A stretch of DNA of 63,387 nt, the filler included, from Craspedostauros australis (Eukaryota): the NCBI GenBank assembly GCA_030167865.1. It is 13 parts of 13 records of this genome, joined end to end, with 100 filler letters (N's around TTAATTAATTAA, not from the genome) between each part and the next. Parts side by side here need not be neighbours in the genome. Positions count along the whole stretch, not along the records: positions 23,370 to 33,843 come from JALAGF010005939.1; positions 33,944 to 36,076 come from JALAGF010005940.1; positions 36,177 to 40,364 come from JALAGF010005941.1; 10 more parts are not named here. The stretch is one strand, 5' to 3'. Positions within the stretch are counted from its first letter, which is position 1, and every line of letters starts with the position of its first letter. The notes below the pieces were generated by a model. The model ran no database searches. It was given only the letters and a program-made list of their open reading frames with translations, and was not told the DNA's origin. Below are positions 26,026 to 39,077 of this stretch, piece by piece. The position numbers and the translations under genes are program-made.

Positions 26026-26760
26026 ATGACGGAAGTCGAGATGCATCAGCAGCCCAGCGGAGCAGAAGCTGCTCGGCGGAACAAGTACTACTCGCGGCGT
26101 CGGGGCTCCATCGCTGCTGACCCGGTGGATGATGACGATGTCCGTGCGGAAATCAGCCGCCTCACCTTCGCAGAGGAGCAGCTCCGGCACGAGCTGCTGC
26201 AGGCCGTGGTGTCGTCGACGGAAGATGATTACATGATGTCATCGATGAACGGTTCTGCCCAGAGCTTGGATTCGCAGAACGATGCCAACGGTGGCGCGGG
26301 CGCGAATGATGCCGCCGACGACGCCCTGGCTGGAATTGAAGTTGAGGAAGAGCGTGCTCCAACGAAGGGTCGCAGGAGGGCAGGCAGAAGGCCTTGGTAC
26401 CTCAACGTGCTGGGTCGCAGGAAGAAGCCGTTGTCGTTGGAGGATGAGATCAAGCGGCAGAGGGAAGTGCTGCGTCGCTCCTTGCGGACCATCGATGAAG
26501 GCTTTGAGGACGTGATGGAATGCCAAACGGAGACGCAAGAACAATTGATACAGCAGTCGATGAGCGCGATCAACGAAAGGAGACAATCCAAATCGCTTGA
26601 TGAAGAAGATCTTCAGGAAACTGATGACGACGAGGATGACGAGGAAGAGCAACAGCAGCTGCAACAGCAGCGTGAGACAGATGAACAGAAGGACGAGAAA
26701 GAGGGAGAAAAGGAAGAGAAAGAAAATCATGCGAGCGGAGACTCAGGCGATGAGAAGTGA
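26026..26760 (+). CDS. Hypothetical acidic/coiled-coil protein, 244 aa (upstream exon possible)
   Basis: Clean ORF with coding-like GC3, charged helical segments and an acidic tail. No recognisable domain. Confidence 0.65.
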   Translation: MTEVEMHQQPSGAEAARRNKYYSRRRGSIAADPVDDDDVRAEISRLTFAEEQLRHELLQAVVSSTEDDYMMSSMNGSAQSLDSQNDANGGAGANDAADDALAGIEVEEERAPTKGRRRAGRRPWYLNVLGRRKKPLSLEDEIKRQREVLRRSLRTIDEGFEDVMECQTETQEQLIQQSMSAINERRQSKSLDEEDLQETDDDEDDEEEQQQLQQQRETDEQKDEKEGEKEEKENHASGDSGDEK

Positions 26761-27550
26761 GGCACAGATGGGAGTCCACAGGCGGCGCGTACTTGAAGCC
26801 GCGTCGTCGCCATATATGAGGCAGGGCGTTTTTGGTGGCAATATCATCATCAATGATGCCCATCATTCATTGCTCCGGACAGTCTCCTTGCATTCACTCT
26901 CGCATACTCCATGCGTGCTCGTACGTCACATGCTTCCGACCTTTATCAAATCGAGATGCGCCATGCCTTCCTGCCTCCTTTCTTGTCGAGCTCCACCGCG
27001 CTTTTGGATAAAACGAAACAAAAATTGAAACCTCAACACTCTGCAAGTATCGTCATATTCTATTATATAATAGAATACAATGCTATTGCGCTCCTCGATC
27101 ATGCTTGTACAAGAGTGTACCATTACATGAACCTCTTTCGAACCCAAATCAAATTGAAGTATGTACGGGGTACAGTGATGTTCACACGAATAATCTGATG
27201 TTCGCACAATCATGCCATAACAACCAAGTCGGCAAATTCAATTTGAGAAAGTCTGCACTGGAGCGATCGTCCATCGCCACGGTGCGTATGAACCTCATTC
27301 CGTTACCATCTGCGGCGATAACTCTGGAGAGAATCCATTGAGCCCTAACACGGATCGGTGAAAAGTAGAATGTTGTTGTTGTAACACAAAGACTATAGTT
27401 ATTACTATGCGCCGAAGGCGCTTTTGAGCCGCCTCGTTTGTTCTACATGCGTCATGCAGCGGGAACGGACTGGTGCAGCAGGGCTAGCCGTGCTGTGTGA
27501 TTGTGTTGCATATTGATTTTGAGCTGGCTGACCAGACCTCGAGGGAACGA

Positions 27551-30500
27551 CTACGCCAGGCTTGCTAGTCGCACTTGCTGGTTGGAGGGCCGGCGCGGGG
27601 GGAAAGTGGGCGCCGCTGGCTGGGTTGTAGGTTCGTCATGGCTGGCGGCTCGACGACGCAGCCATGCCATCTGCTCGGGCGGAACAGTGGCCTGCACGTG
27701 TGGCATGCCGTGTAGCATGGACAAAAGCCACTCGGCTTTCCGGGGTTCAGCGTCGGGAAGGTGCTGAGCCAGCTGGCGGAGGTGGCGGGGAACAGATGCC
27801 GATGGCAATTCAAGCAAGGCACGGCAATATGAGTGCATGCGCTGCGACATCATGCTGCGCTCGCCTGCATCGTGCAGCGCGTGGTTGCGGCTTGCCCACT
27901 GTTGGAGCGCCATGTGCCACAGCTCGTGAGTGACCTCCGCCTGCCAGAAGACCTGTCGCCGGCGGTTGGAAGATGGCTGGGGGTTCGGGCTATGGCGGAT
28001 CCACTCCACCGACCATGCACCCCACAGAAGGCCGTCCCATCCAACTCCATGCTGCGCAACTTCGATGGCCAGAGTGGTAGACCGCCGGATGCCTTGGGGT
28101 GGGGCGCCTCCTTGCCGCAGCACGCGTAGGGCTTTGACCAAAAGTTGAGCTGCATCTCGCTTGACCCTGGGCGGCTGTATGATGTGACGTACGCGCTGGA
28201 TGCACGCGTCCCAGAGCTCTTGACTTGCAGTGCTCTTGCACTGCATCACATGCTGATTGGTTTCAACACACCCGCAGCAGGGGCAAGCCGTCCGGTCAGA
28301 TTGCTGGCGCCGGCACATGTTTCTGCCAGTCGCCGCATTACCCGACGCCAGCTTGAGTATGGTGCGTTGCTTGCCGCCTCTCCATGTGCTCATCACCTTC
28401 TGGAGCGGTGCCCAGTCCACCGAATATCTGTCCAACGACCCCCACCGCTGGCGCCATTTGAGTCGCAGTTTGGCGGTCATCGTCGCGTCCGATACCGCAT
28501 GGTAGCTGGCTTCAGACAGCCAGTCACCCCCAGCACGCACTGCCCAACCCGTGGACTTGGGGTTGCCTTGCACCGTGCCCCATGCCCCTGCGGCGTCCGT
28601 TGCTTGCCACTGCTGGCCAGCCTCGTGATCCGCCACCACGTTCAGGACCTCCCACGCCGAGATTTGGTGACCGAGTTGGGAGTCGGCATGGCCTTTGACG
28701 TGCTGGACCTCGCAGCAAACCGCTGACGTCCGCAGAACATGCTGGATCTCGCTGCGCAAGTCGTAGTCGTTGTCGTCGGCTTGGAGGAGTTGTGCCCGCG
28801 TGCTTGCCCTGATCGCTTGCATACTGTCGCATGCTATAGTAGCGGACCCCTGCACCTGCGCCCACTGTGCAAACGCTTTCAGGAACTGCATCGTGAGGAG
28901 CACTCCCGCCGTTTCTGCACGGTTGGAGTCCATCACTCGCGAGCCTTCCGGGACTTCCGACTGGATGAGAATTCCCGCGGTAGGCTCGACAAGCCGGTCC
29001 TGTATGACCGCGGCCGCGGACCCACGCTGGTCCTTGGCAGAGGCGTCACAGCATGCCACACACGTCCCGCGCACGATGGAGTCGGCGATGGCCCGCGCCG
29101 AACCGTGGATACGTACTTGCTTAAGCATGGCCGCTGCCAGCCCCCCAAGCTGCGCAATGTGCTCGTATAGGGAGTGTGGGCGTCGCTGCGCAACTTCCGC
29201 CCCCATAGACACCACCGTCGCCAACCCCCGGTATTCGTCGACATCCATGCCAGCCCTGCCACCGACGCGGCGACACCGAAACTCCAATGTCTGGACCCGT
29301 TGAAGTGGAGATCCGGAGCACCGCCACCATACCGACCCGTCTTCGTCCTGTACCACCCGAAACTTCCGGAGGTGTTTCCACTTGCCAAGCGGCTTGCGCA
29401 GGATCATGCCTGGTCTGTCATCGACGAGGAGAGTGCGGACCATGTTGTCCCAGGCTGCCCACGCCTGGCGCGAAGGAGGCACCGCCGCTGGCCAGACGAG
29501 GTCTTCCTGGATCCGCGGAGCTCGACGGTGTTGGGCAACCACTGGGTGGATGCCGGTACCGGCCGCGTCGCAGATGTCTGACACCCAGAAAGCTCGAAGG
29601 TGCACACGCACTGCATTGGCCTTGCGGAGGTCACCTTCATCAGCGCCCCGTTCCCAGAAGGCCTCCATGATGGTCCCATCACGTTCGCGAGGCATTACGA
29701 GTGTCGGTGCCACCTGATGGACGGCCAATCCGCTCTCAGTCATCATGCGGATGGTGCTTGACCACCAAGAATGGGCGGTCCAGCGTTGCCAGCGGTGCTG
29801 TTGGGCTTGCAGCTGGTCCACCGTGCCTGCCCATAGCTGGAGCTGCAGCAACGACGCGCGGAGCAGGCTGCCCGTGGTGGTCTGGGCGTCGAAGTGACGC
29901 CAGATCATCGCCAGGTGTGCCTTGCACTGGACTGTGAACAAGTGCGGGATAGCCAGGCCGTTGAGCTTCCTGGGCCCATGGACGTACTGCCTCGCGATGG
30001 TTCGGACGATCCCCATGTGCGGGAGAGCCGTCATGAGCGCCGGCCTCATGATGCTTTCGCATTGGCCCTGCGTGAGAGTCGTGGTTGCCAGGGAGTATTC
30101 GAGTGCCGGCCAAAGAACTGCCTTGAGCGCAACTTCGGTGTCTTGCTTGGAGATGCGGGCCGTCCGAATGTGCGCCGCCCACGCCTCCGCCTTCCCTTGG
30201 AGATACGCCGCATGTTCTGCCTGGCCCCCGTCCCGCCGCTGCATCATGCCAAGGTATTTGCTGGCCTGGTGGACCGGCGCATGGTGCAACACTTGGTCCT
30301 CCCCATTTGCTCCTTTCATCCGGATGTCATGTGGACGCCACGACTTGTCGTAGTTCCATCGACTGTTGCTCCATTTGAACCTGACGAGCTGCCAGAAGCT
30401 CTTCTCCGGCGCGAGGCAGCCCCCTGAGGCTGTCAGCATGGACTCCCATTGCGAAACCACCGACTGGAATTCCCGGCACTGGGACGGAACATCGCGCGAC

Positions 30501-33187
30501 CTCAGCGTGTGGACCAGGTTTGTGTCATCCACATACGCAAAGCAGACGAGACGCTGCATTGCGTCCGCTGTTTCTCCGTACGTGAATCCGAACCCTTTGG
30601 CTTGCATTCGCTCTATGAGCGCCGAGCTGATTAGCAGCCACCCTGTGGGGGCCACTCCTAACCCTTGGACCAAGCCTTGGATGGGCCGCGGGAGATGAAT
30701 GCCGGAGTAGCTTGTCATGGAGACCCCCAACCCCATGCTGATCCTGTGCCGCATGTTCTGCAGGGTGCACAGAACGCTGTCAATAGGTTGCCGAGGTGTG
30801 CCTTGCCGGCGCAACGCCATCCCGAACGCCGGGTGGGAAATGCGGTCGTAGCATCCTTTGGCGTCATTGGAGCACACCGCAGCGTCGCGCCCAGAGATCC
30901 GCATGATGTCGTCGGTCAGGCACACGTTGACCAGGACTTCTTGCGCCGTGTGCATTTGGCGGCTGCCATACTGTTCTGCAGCAATGGTTGAGTTGGTTTC
31001 TGCATGTCTGCGGGCGGTCCGCCCCAGCTGCCTCGTATTCATGTTGAAGTCTCCCTCCATCAGCCCAATGGTTCTGGTCTTGGTGACGCTAAGGTTGCCC
31101 GGCTGCTTGCGCAGCTGCACGTCGGTGCACTGCTGCCACCTGCTGAGGCTGTAGCCTGTGCGATATGGGATGGACCTCATGATGGCGTCGATCGCCGCGA
31201 GTTGGGGGTCTTTGGTGTTGGCTTTCCAGCAACCAAAGTGGATGCCTGACGGTCCGGATGATGTGCGCTCTTTGATCTTGCGCCACCCCTCCACATGGTC
31301 TTCCGTGGAGATGACGGTATCCATTGGTGCCCACGGGGTGGCTTGGGGCGGTCTGCGTAAGGCGTGCAACAGTTCCGCTGTACCTGTTTGGACTTGCGAA
31401 GGCACTAGCCCCCCAATGATTGCGTCCGCCGCCGGGGATGTGCCGTACTTCCCGACTCTGCGGCTGACCCGTCCCACGCAGAGATCGGAGGACCATGCTG
31501 CTTGATATTTCGCGATGTTGGTTTCGCAACATGCCTTGGCCACCTCCTCAGGCTCTGTGAGCACCCGTCCATCTCCGCCAGGGCCGTCGTGGACAACCAT
31601 CGTGACCTGAGAGTCGAGGGCAGAACCAGCCAGGGCGTGTTTGATGCGTCGGAACCTCGCTCGTGTCTCTTCCCTCTCCACGAGTTGCCGCTTGTACTTG
31701 TCTGGGTTGCCCCCGCTGTGCTCGACGAACTCCGCGTTGGACTGCAGGAAATCCACCCGATGCTGCGCGGCCATTTTCTTCTCATGCTTTAGTTGTTTCC
31801 ACACGCGGTTGCGCTCCATTGTCATCCCAGCAATGCTCATGCCCTTCGTGCGGACTTGGCAGAGCTGCGCTTGCTTTTTGAGTCGGTCGATGGTCGATCC
31901 TTTCACTTTGTGGCCCTGTCTGCGCCGAATAGACTCTGTCCAGAACTTGTGGGCCTTCTGTATTCGTGCCACCAAAGGCGAGTAGGGGACCTTCCCCATG
32001 CGAACCTTTCGACATCCCCGCTCGGCTCGGAGCATGGCCTTGGTGCGGTCTGCGTCGATGCTTTCGATGGTCGCCGACTGATGTGCAGTGAGAGGCTGAT
32101 CAGATATAGACTTCTCCAGGGCCATGGCTCTCTCCAGGAGCCGGAGTTGTTGCGCCGCCTTGGCATATTCCTCCAGATATCTGTTGACCGTCGCCGGGCT
32201 TTGTAGCTGGAGTCGGCGCCCCCGGAACGGTTGCGTTGGCGTGTTGCCCTGCCCCAGGAGATGAGTGGCTGAGAAGTCGGCCCATATCATGCGGTGGTCC
32301 CAACAGCCGTATGGCGTGGCCCCTCACTGCGTGGCTGTAGCTTCTTGCGAGGTCCAGATTCCGTCGATTTGCATGTTGCTGCGGTTGCGGATTTGGGTGG
32401 CCGTCGGCTTCTGGTGCTGACTCGAAAACACTTCGTGCAACCCTTCCTCCGATAGCATAGTGCTCATCTGCGACGCACGCACGTCCATGTTGATGTCCCC
32501 TCCGAGTATCACTGTCTCGCCGGCTTGACACCAGAGGTGGACTTGCTGCTGCAGTTCCTGCATGTGTAGACTGATAGGGTCTGTGTCTATGCCTTCTGCG
32601 GCTGCATTGGCCGCCAGCTGGTTGTATACCGTGCCTGGTGTCTTGGTCGACTTGTTGGCCACGTACGTCGACACCAGGCGTACCTTGATGCTGCCCTTGC
32701 CTTGCAGCAGCATGCTGATCCATCTGCCCCAATTGTGCGTGTCAGACGTTGACGACAGTATGCGCCCTCTGGTGTTGCCTTGGATCATGATCGCAGTCCC
32801 TCCCCACTGGCGCACTCGAGTAGCATTGAGCCTGTTGTGAGACGTAGTTGTGCGCGACTGAGGGATGTTCTTTTGTACGAGCTCGTGCAGATGCATGTGC
32901 CTGGGCACCTTGCTCCAGTTGATGCCCACCTCCGTCAGGAGCGCTATGTCCACGTGATGACGGCGAACTGTCTCCCAGAGATCCTGGTACTTGGGATCTG
33001 TGGCGTCGACGGGGAGACCGCTGAGGTTGAGGGCTGCCACCCTTATGTGTCCTGGCGCTTTGTGTTGCGAGTCGCCGCCAACTGGGGTGAATTGGTTGAC
33101 CACCTCTTCCGTGCCTGATCGACCCATGAGTCTGTGCCTGTCGCTTTGCCGGCTGGTCTGCGCGCGGCTTGCGGTGCTTGCTAACAT
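27551..33187 (-). pseudogene. ORF2, ~1878 aa, with one in-frame TGA (32324-32326)
   Basis: APE motifs TEVGINW, GGDIN, IDGIW, DHR; RT motifs NDAKGCYDRI, VQG, FAYVDDT; RNase H motifs CDAS, RAE, CDS, HVKGH, VAD; C-terminal CPCC..ETNQHVMQC. Confidence 0.9.
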
Positions 33188-33843
33188 GGCGGAGGTGCCC
33201 CGGCCCCGGGGTCGGCGTTGCCTTGATGCTTCTCCAACTCCGCTCGCAATTTGTCGATTTCCGCTCGTTGGATCTCCAGCCTGGCGTTGTTGAGTGACTC
33301 CTTGCGCTGGCGTTCTTGCTCCAAGGCTGCTGCCCGGGTGGCTTCTCGGCGCTGCTCGGATGCTGTCGTGGCGATGGATTCGGCGTCCCCAGACCCCGGA
33401 ACACCAGTGACTGCCGAATGCATTGTCATGTGCGACCCGATAGTGGTGCCGCTGCCGAACAGGCTTCGATAGTCCAGGGCTGCGGGCCTATAACTTGGCT
33501 TGTCGAGCAGTTCCGTCGGGAGATTTGTGATCACCACACTGGCAGGAAACTCTTCTTCGAGGAGGTGCTCCAGCTTGCTGTTGTCGGGAGCATTGTACTC
33601 TTTCGTCTCTGCGTCGTACGTGACATTGAGGTTGGCATACCAGGCGTCAGGGCTGAACCATTTCTCCGTCTTGACTCCAAGCTCGATACGCGCGATGGCT
33701 GGGAGCAGACTCATGATGGCTGACGCTTGTGCCATACTCTCCTCGAAGACGTGTGCGATGAGCTGATCGTCGTGGGCCCTCGCCATGTCCAGGCTCTGGA
33801 AGATCTGCTTCCCGTCGGCATCCTTCATGCTCATGAGATGTGA
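33181..33843 (-). CDS. ORF1 C-terminal part of the non-LTR element
   Basis: Open to the scaffold end, with a coiled-coil C-terminus. Its stop overlaps the ORF2 start (ATGTTAG). Confidence 0.8.
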   Translation of the reverse strand, partial: SHLMSMKDADGKQIFQSLDMARAHDDQLIAHVFEESMAQASAIMSLLPAIARIELGVKTEKWFSPDAWYANLNVTYDAETKEYNAPDNSKLEHLLEEEFPASVVITNLPTELLDKPSYRPAALDYRSLFGSGTTIGSHMTMHSAVTGVPGSGDAESIATTASEQRREATRAAALEQERQRKESLNNARLEIQRAEIDKLRAELEKHQGNADPGAGAPPPC

Positions 33844-33943
33844 NNNNNNNNNNNNNNNNNNNNNNNNNNNNNNNNNNNNNNNNNNNNTTAATTAATTAAN
33901 NNNNNNNNNNNNNNNNNNNNNNNNNNNNNNNNNNNNNNNNNNN

Positions 33944-36076
33944 CTTCTCCACGCGGTAGTACACCGGTTGCCACCATCGGTAGGCAAGGAACTTGCTCAC
34001 ATCGGGACGGTGTCCGTAGGCTGCCTGTATTGGCGTGACGTTACCTGCCGTGCGTTGAGCCAAGTGGTTGAATAGCACAATGACATACATGGTGCATATG
34101 AGCCAGAAGCGAGCAGGTGTGCCCGTCCTGTCCATGATGCCGTTCGTCATGCGCTTGATGTCTTGGATACGCCTCTCTGCGGCGTTCTGGTGCTGGTGCT
34201 CCGGTTCGCTCTGATGGTCAGCGATGGAGTACTGTCGGAGGATGTCTTGCACCTTGAATCCGATCTCGGATTTCGCGTTATCGGACATCAGGAGGTCAGG
34301 AGCTCCATGGCGCCGGATGAAATCTTGGAGAGTGGAAGCGACTTGCTTCTCCGATGTCATGGGGAATCCTGCGGTGAAGCGAGAATCCACAGCCACGTAT
34401 ACTTGCATCATCGTGCTGCCACCATGGCCTGGCACACCATCGTCGTGTGCAGGTGTGTCAGAGAACAAAGTGTCCATGGCAACAGTCTCGTGGAGCCTGT
34501 CCACGTTCGCGGCAGGGAATCTGGTCTTGTAGTGCTTCCTCATGGTGAACCGCTCGGAGGTGCGGTACCATTGGGACGTGCACTTGAGAGTGTCTTGGAC
34601 TCTTCTGGCCGGAATCCATCCGAAGTACGGACGGAGGGCCTCATAGTCGATTGTCGGCTTCGCGCGAGTGATAGCGCCTTGGCTTGGGGCACCGGTCTCA
34701 CTGGTGAACACTTCGATGGAGTCCGGTGAGTGGACGCCGTCGTCTGGGACACCATCAGAGATCTCGTNNNNNNNNNNNNNNNNNNNNNNNNNNNNNNNNN
34801 NNNNNNNNNNNNNNNNNATCCGATCTCGGATTTCGCGTTGTCGGACATCAGGAGGTCAGGAGCTCCGTGACGCCGGATGAAGTCTTGGAGAGTGGAAGCG
34901 AGTTGCTTCTCCGATGTCATGGGGAATCCTGCGGTGAAGCGAGAATCCACGGCCACGTATACTTGCATCATCGTGCTGCCACCATGGCCTGGNNNNNNNN
35001 NNNNNNNNNNNNNNNNNNNNNNNNNNNNNNNNNNNNNNNNNNNNNNNNNNNNNNNNNNNNNNNNNNNNNNNNNNNNNNNNNNNNNNNNNNNNNNNNNNNN
35101 NNNNNNNNNNNNNNNNNNNGTGCGGTACCATTGGGACGTGCACTTGAGAGTGTCTTGGACTCTTCTGGCCGGGATCCATCCGAAGTACGGACGGAGGGCC
35201 TCATAGTCGATCGTCGGCTTCGCGCGAGTGATAGCGCCTTGCTGTGGGGCACCGGTCTCACTGGTGAACACTTCGATGGAGTCTGGTGACTGGACGTCGT
35301 CGTCTGGGACACCATCAGAGATCTCGTCCGGCAAAGTGAACTCTTGATCGAGAGTGGACGGGTCCCACTCTTCGTCGGCAGTGAAATCCACGTGAGGGTA
35401 CGTGTCAATCTCCTTGCGTGTGGGAGGCCTCATGTCCATGTAGGACAGGCCCTGTCGGATGGAGAGAGGGATCACATGCCCATCAGGCACGACGATTGTC
35501 TGTCTCCCTCCAGGGAGGTCGCGAGGACGCTCGTTGACATCGAGACCGAATGCACCGAGCTGATTCGTCGAGTGAATCGTCTTGCCCTTGCCATAGAGGG
35601 CGTATTGGTGGAACTTCGCGATGATAGGTCCCTCGGTGGACATGACGAGTCCAGCAACCGTTCCAATGTCCAGGTTGAGGATCGCGGTGTCTCCAATCCC
35701 GCTGATGTCGGCGGTATGGTTGGTACGGCTGATGATAGTCACATCATCGCCTGCCAATCCTCCATTCGCACCGCTGTCAATCAGGGAACCGGACTTCGCA
35801 ACATCGNTCTTGTTGAAGCTGTATTGCAGGACTGTGGCCTGAACAGCACGGTAGACCTTGCCCTGGATGATCACTTCGTCAGAAGTGTTGGTGTTGGTCG
35901 TGGCATTGGCCAGCATGCGCTTGATGGCATCGCCGGGGAGTTCGTCAGAACCGGCGCTGCCGGAGGTCGAGGTGGACTTGGCTTGCCCGCCGCCCCCATT
36001 GCCAGTGGTGGATGTCTTGTTGGCCTGTCTGTTCGATGCATCCCTGGTGTACTTGGGGTCCCAAGTACCCTTGGAC
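33944..36076 (-). mobile_element. CoDi-type Ty1/copia fragment (gag end, protease, integrase)
   Basis: Protease LIDSGANGGLAG; integrase VAMDT/SDNAK/AERRIQ. It is a close paralog of the 53-61 kb element. Confidence 0.9.
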
Positions 36077-36176
36077 NNNNNNNNNNNNNNNNNNNNNNNN
36101 NNNNNNNNNNNNNNNNNNNNTTAATTAATTAANNNNNNNNNNNNNNNNNNNNNNNNNNNNNNNNNNNNNNNNNNNN

Positions 36177-38984
36177 CGCAAACGATTCGGTCTGCCCATC
36201 AAGTTCTTTTCCTCACATCATCGCAAGGGCAGTTTTGATAAGCAGGACAATGATGACAATGATGACAATAACGACGATCATGATGATCCGGATGAAGCGT
36301 CATTCAACTGCGAGTCACCGCAGGTGCAGCAGCCGCGCAGCTCCATGTCCATCACGCACACGAAGTCGCTGGATGACAGCCTCATGAACATGACGACGGA
36401 TCTCAAGGATATACCGCAGTTTGACCCGCAGTTTGACCCGCAGTTTGACCCGCAGTTTGACCCGCAGTTCGACCCGCACAGCATCATGAGATCGTCGACG
36501 ATGTTGGAGTCCACGGGTACCGATGACGATGCACAGCGTCCGCAAACCTCCACGCATTCGAGGAAGGCACCCAAACGAAAGAGCAGCAAACGATCCAACA
36601 CGACGTCGACGACGTCTGCCAACACAAAGACGCCCACGTCGATGGCGACGTCGACGTCGACGGCCGGTGATCAGCTGCCCTTCCTTTCACCGCCCGGCCA
36701 ACGCAGCGGAAGTCACCGCAATCTCTTCATCCCCATGATCCACGAGTCATCGCCGTTGAAAGATTCCGGTTTCACTTCGATTCCGGATGATGGCGACAGC
36801 AGCAACGCGGAATCGCGTCACCCGCTGAAACCACCGTCGCAACAGTCGCAGCAGTCGCTTCAGTTGAGCGACGATCATGATGAGAATGACGCGCCGTTGT
36901 CGCCATCCAAGTCCAGTCAGCAGCAGAATGACAACGACGACGATGCGAAATCCAAGGCGAAGAAGGATGCCGATGATCACCGTGAGACCATCACCTTCCA
37001 AAAGGATATGAGACGCAGCACGAAGAGCCTCATGACGGGAGACGGCGATTCGGCCGCTGCGCAGAACAGAAAAATAACGTCGTCCAAGGTCCGAAATGGT
37101 TCGATCATCACGGCGACCACGACGGCAACGTCCATGTTTGGTTCATCGTCGCAATTGCAGTTGCAGTCGTCAAGTCGTCTTTGCGACAATGGTGAGGTGG
37201 AGAAAACCAAGACGAAATCCACCAAGAAGAGCAAGGCGAGGCGTTCCAACGCCACGTCGGCATCAGCGGCAGCCATCGCAGTTGGGGAGTCTTCGGCGGA
37301 AACCAAACCAAAGCGCAAGTCCAAGGGCAACTCCAGCTTGTCGAAACGGCGCTCCAGCAACAGCAGCGGCAGCGGCAATGGCAATGGCAATCTTGGAGCG
37401 ACATCGGATCTTCACAACAGCACCATCACGGCCGCATCGTCAAGGGGAGGGAAGCACNNNNNNNNNNNNNNNNNNNNNNNNNNNNNNNNNNNNNNNNNNN
37501 NNNNNNNNNNNNNNNNNNNNNNNNNNNNNNNNNNNNNNNNNNNNNNNNNNNNNNNNNNNNNNNNNNNNNNNNNNNNNNNNNNNNNNNNNNNNNNNNNNNN
37601 NNNNNNNNNNNNNNNNNNNNNNNNNNNNNNNNNNNNNNNNNNNNNNNNNNNNNNNNNNNAGACATCCAAGAAGGACGATGGTGGCAAGTCATCACGTCAT
37701 CACGTCATCAACGCACACTGGATCAGAACGAATTGGGATCGTCGCACCAGAAGGAGGGCCGATCGAGACGCACGAAGACAGGATCATCCTCGAAGATGGA
37801 TCCAAGTGACGCCCGTGAGGCATCCGCACGAGGCGAACGATCCACTCGTCGCAAGAATCGTTCGTCGCATCGCAGCAGCCAGGATGAGGGAGAGTTGGAA
37901 CCATCCTCGCGTTCCAAGCACAAGGTTGGCCACACCAATCGTGATGAGCGCAAATCTGATATCAACGCCGATGCGGTGGAGGCGACTCTGCGATCGGGAT
38001 CCCGTCATCGGTCATCATGCCGCAAGGAGAGCGCACCCGACCCTGCCGGACGCATGGCCTCGCAGGATGCCACCTCGTCAACGCCAAACCGCACTGGCAG
38101 ATTGGCGCGGCAGAAGTCGTCGCGGAAGCAACGCGAGCTGAAGAAGGTGACGGAAGAGGCATCGGACAATGCCGCGGATCCATCCAGCTGTTCCAGAAAC
38201 AGATCATTGCGCAAGAAGGATATGGATGACACCAACCCGTCCACGCGGTCACGTCACCGTTCGACGCGCGGAAAGGGGTGACCTCAACTGATCCTCGCGC
38301 AAGCTGTCCGTGGGTGATCAGCCGCAGCAGGACGCTTCGACAACAGCCGTGACAGCCATGACAGCCACCACGGCAGAACCGTCAACTCGGTCGAGGCATC
38401 GATCATCACGCAAACGCGAAAGCAAGAATGGAGAATCGTTGAAGAAGACTCCGTCAAAGAGCGATGTTATGGATATGTCGAAGCCGAAATCCTCCCGCGC
38501 GAAGAAATCTTCATCTCTCGAGAGCACGGAAATGAAGAACCAATCCACGCGATCGCGCCATCGATCTGCCGCACGCAAGTCCAACAAATGCAATGGCACG
38601 GACAAATCTGCGGCGCAGGATGCCGCTCCCGCCAAAAGCAAGAAGGGCAACAGCAACGTTGGCGACAAGAGGCACCGCAGCCGCAGCGCCACGAGACGTC
38701 GGCATGCCGATTCCATCCGCGACAGCAATCACAGCAGCAGCGAGATCATGTCCACCTCCACGCGTTCCAAGCATCGCGTGCTGCACAATCATCGCGTGCT
38801 GCACAAGCAGCGCGATGAGGAGGATACGATGCAATCGTCTTTCCGCAAGCAAAAGTCACGCTCCTTGCTCACCACGAAAACGGATGAGGAAGATGAGGAT
38901 GGCGGCACCGAAAGCTCGACGGATCCGTCCTACACGGAAGACGACGTCGAGAAGAGGCCACACAAGAACAAGGTCACTGCATGA
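36177..38984 (+). CDS. Long Ser/Lys/Arg-rich low-complexity protein; partial, gapped, with a lesion near 38280-38290
   Basis: ORFs 36324-37457, 37733-38281 and 38310-38984 share composition, and the last two share recurring STRSRHRS motifs. There is a frameshift plus TGA at 38289. Confidence 0.55.
36414..36473 (+). repeat. Five copies of a 12-bp repeat CCGCAGTTTGAC (encodes PQFD x5)
   Basis: Directly visible. Confidence 0.95.
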
Positions 38985-39077
38985 GCCCGCATGTGCACCA
39001 GGTGATTGCAGTCAACACATAGCTCATAGAATACCATTGGCGACATGCTCAGACGGTAGAAGATTGAACGACATTGA

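Larger units (their letters stand above)
27395..33843 (-). mobile_element. Non-LTR retrotransposon, Ambal-like (ORF1 + APE-RT-RNaseH-CCHC ORF2); 5' end cut by the scaffold end
   Basis: Two overlapping ORFs and a short 3' UTR ending in a GCGCC-TTC-GGCGC hairpin and a TAG/TAA tail. The clade name is inferred from the architecture and the diatom context. Confidence 0.9.

Noticed and set aside
27600..33700. Many plus-strand ORFs over the LINE (and likewise over the copia elements)
   Set aside because: They are antisense shadows of GC-rich coding sequence.
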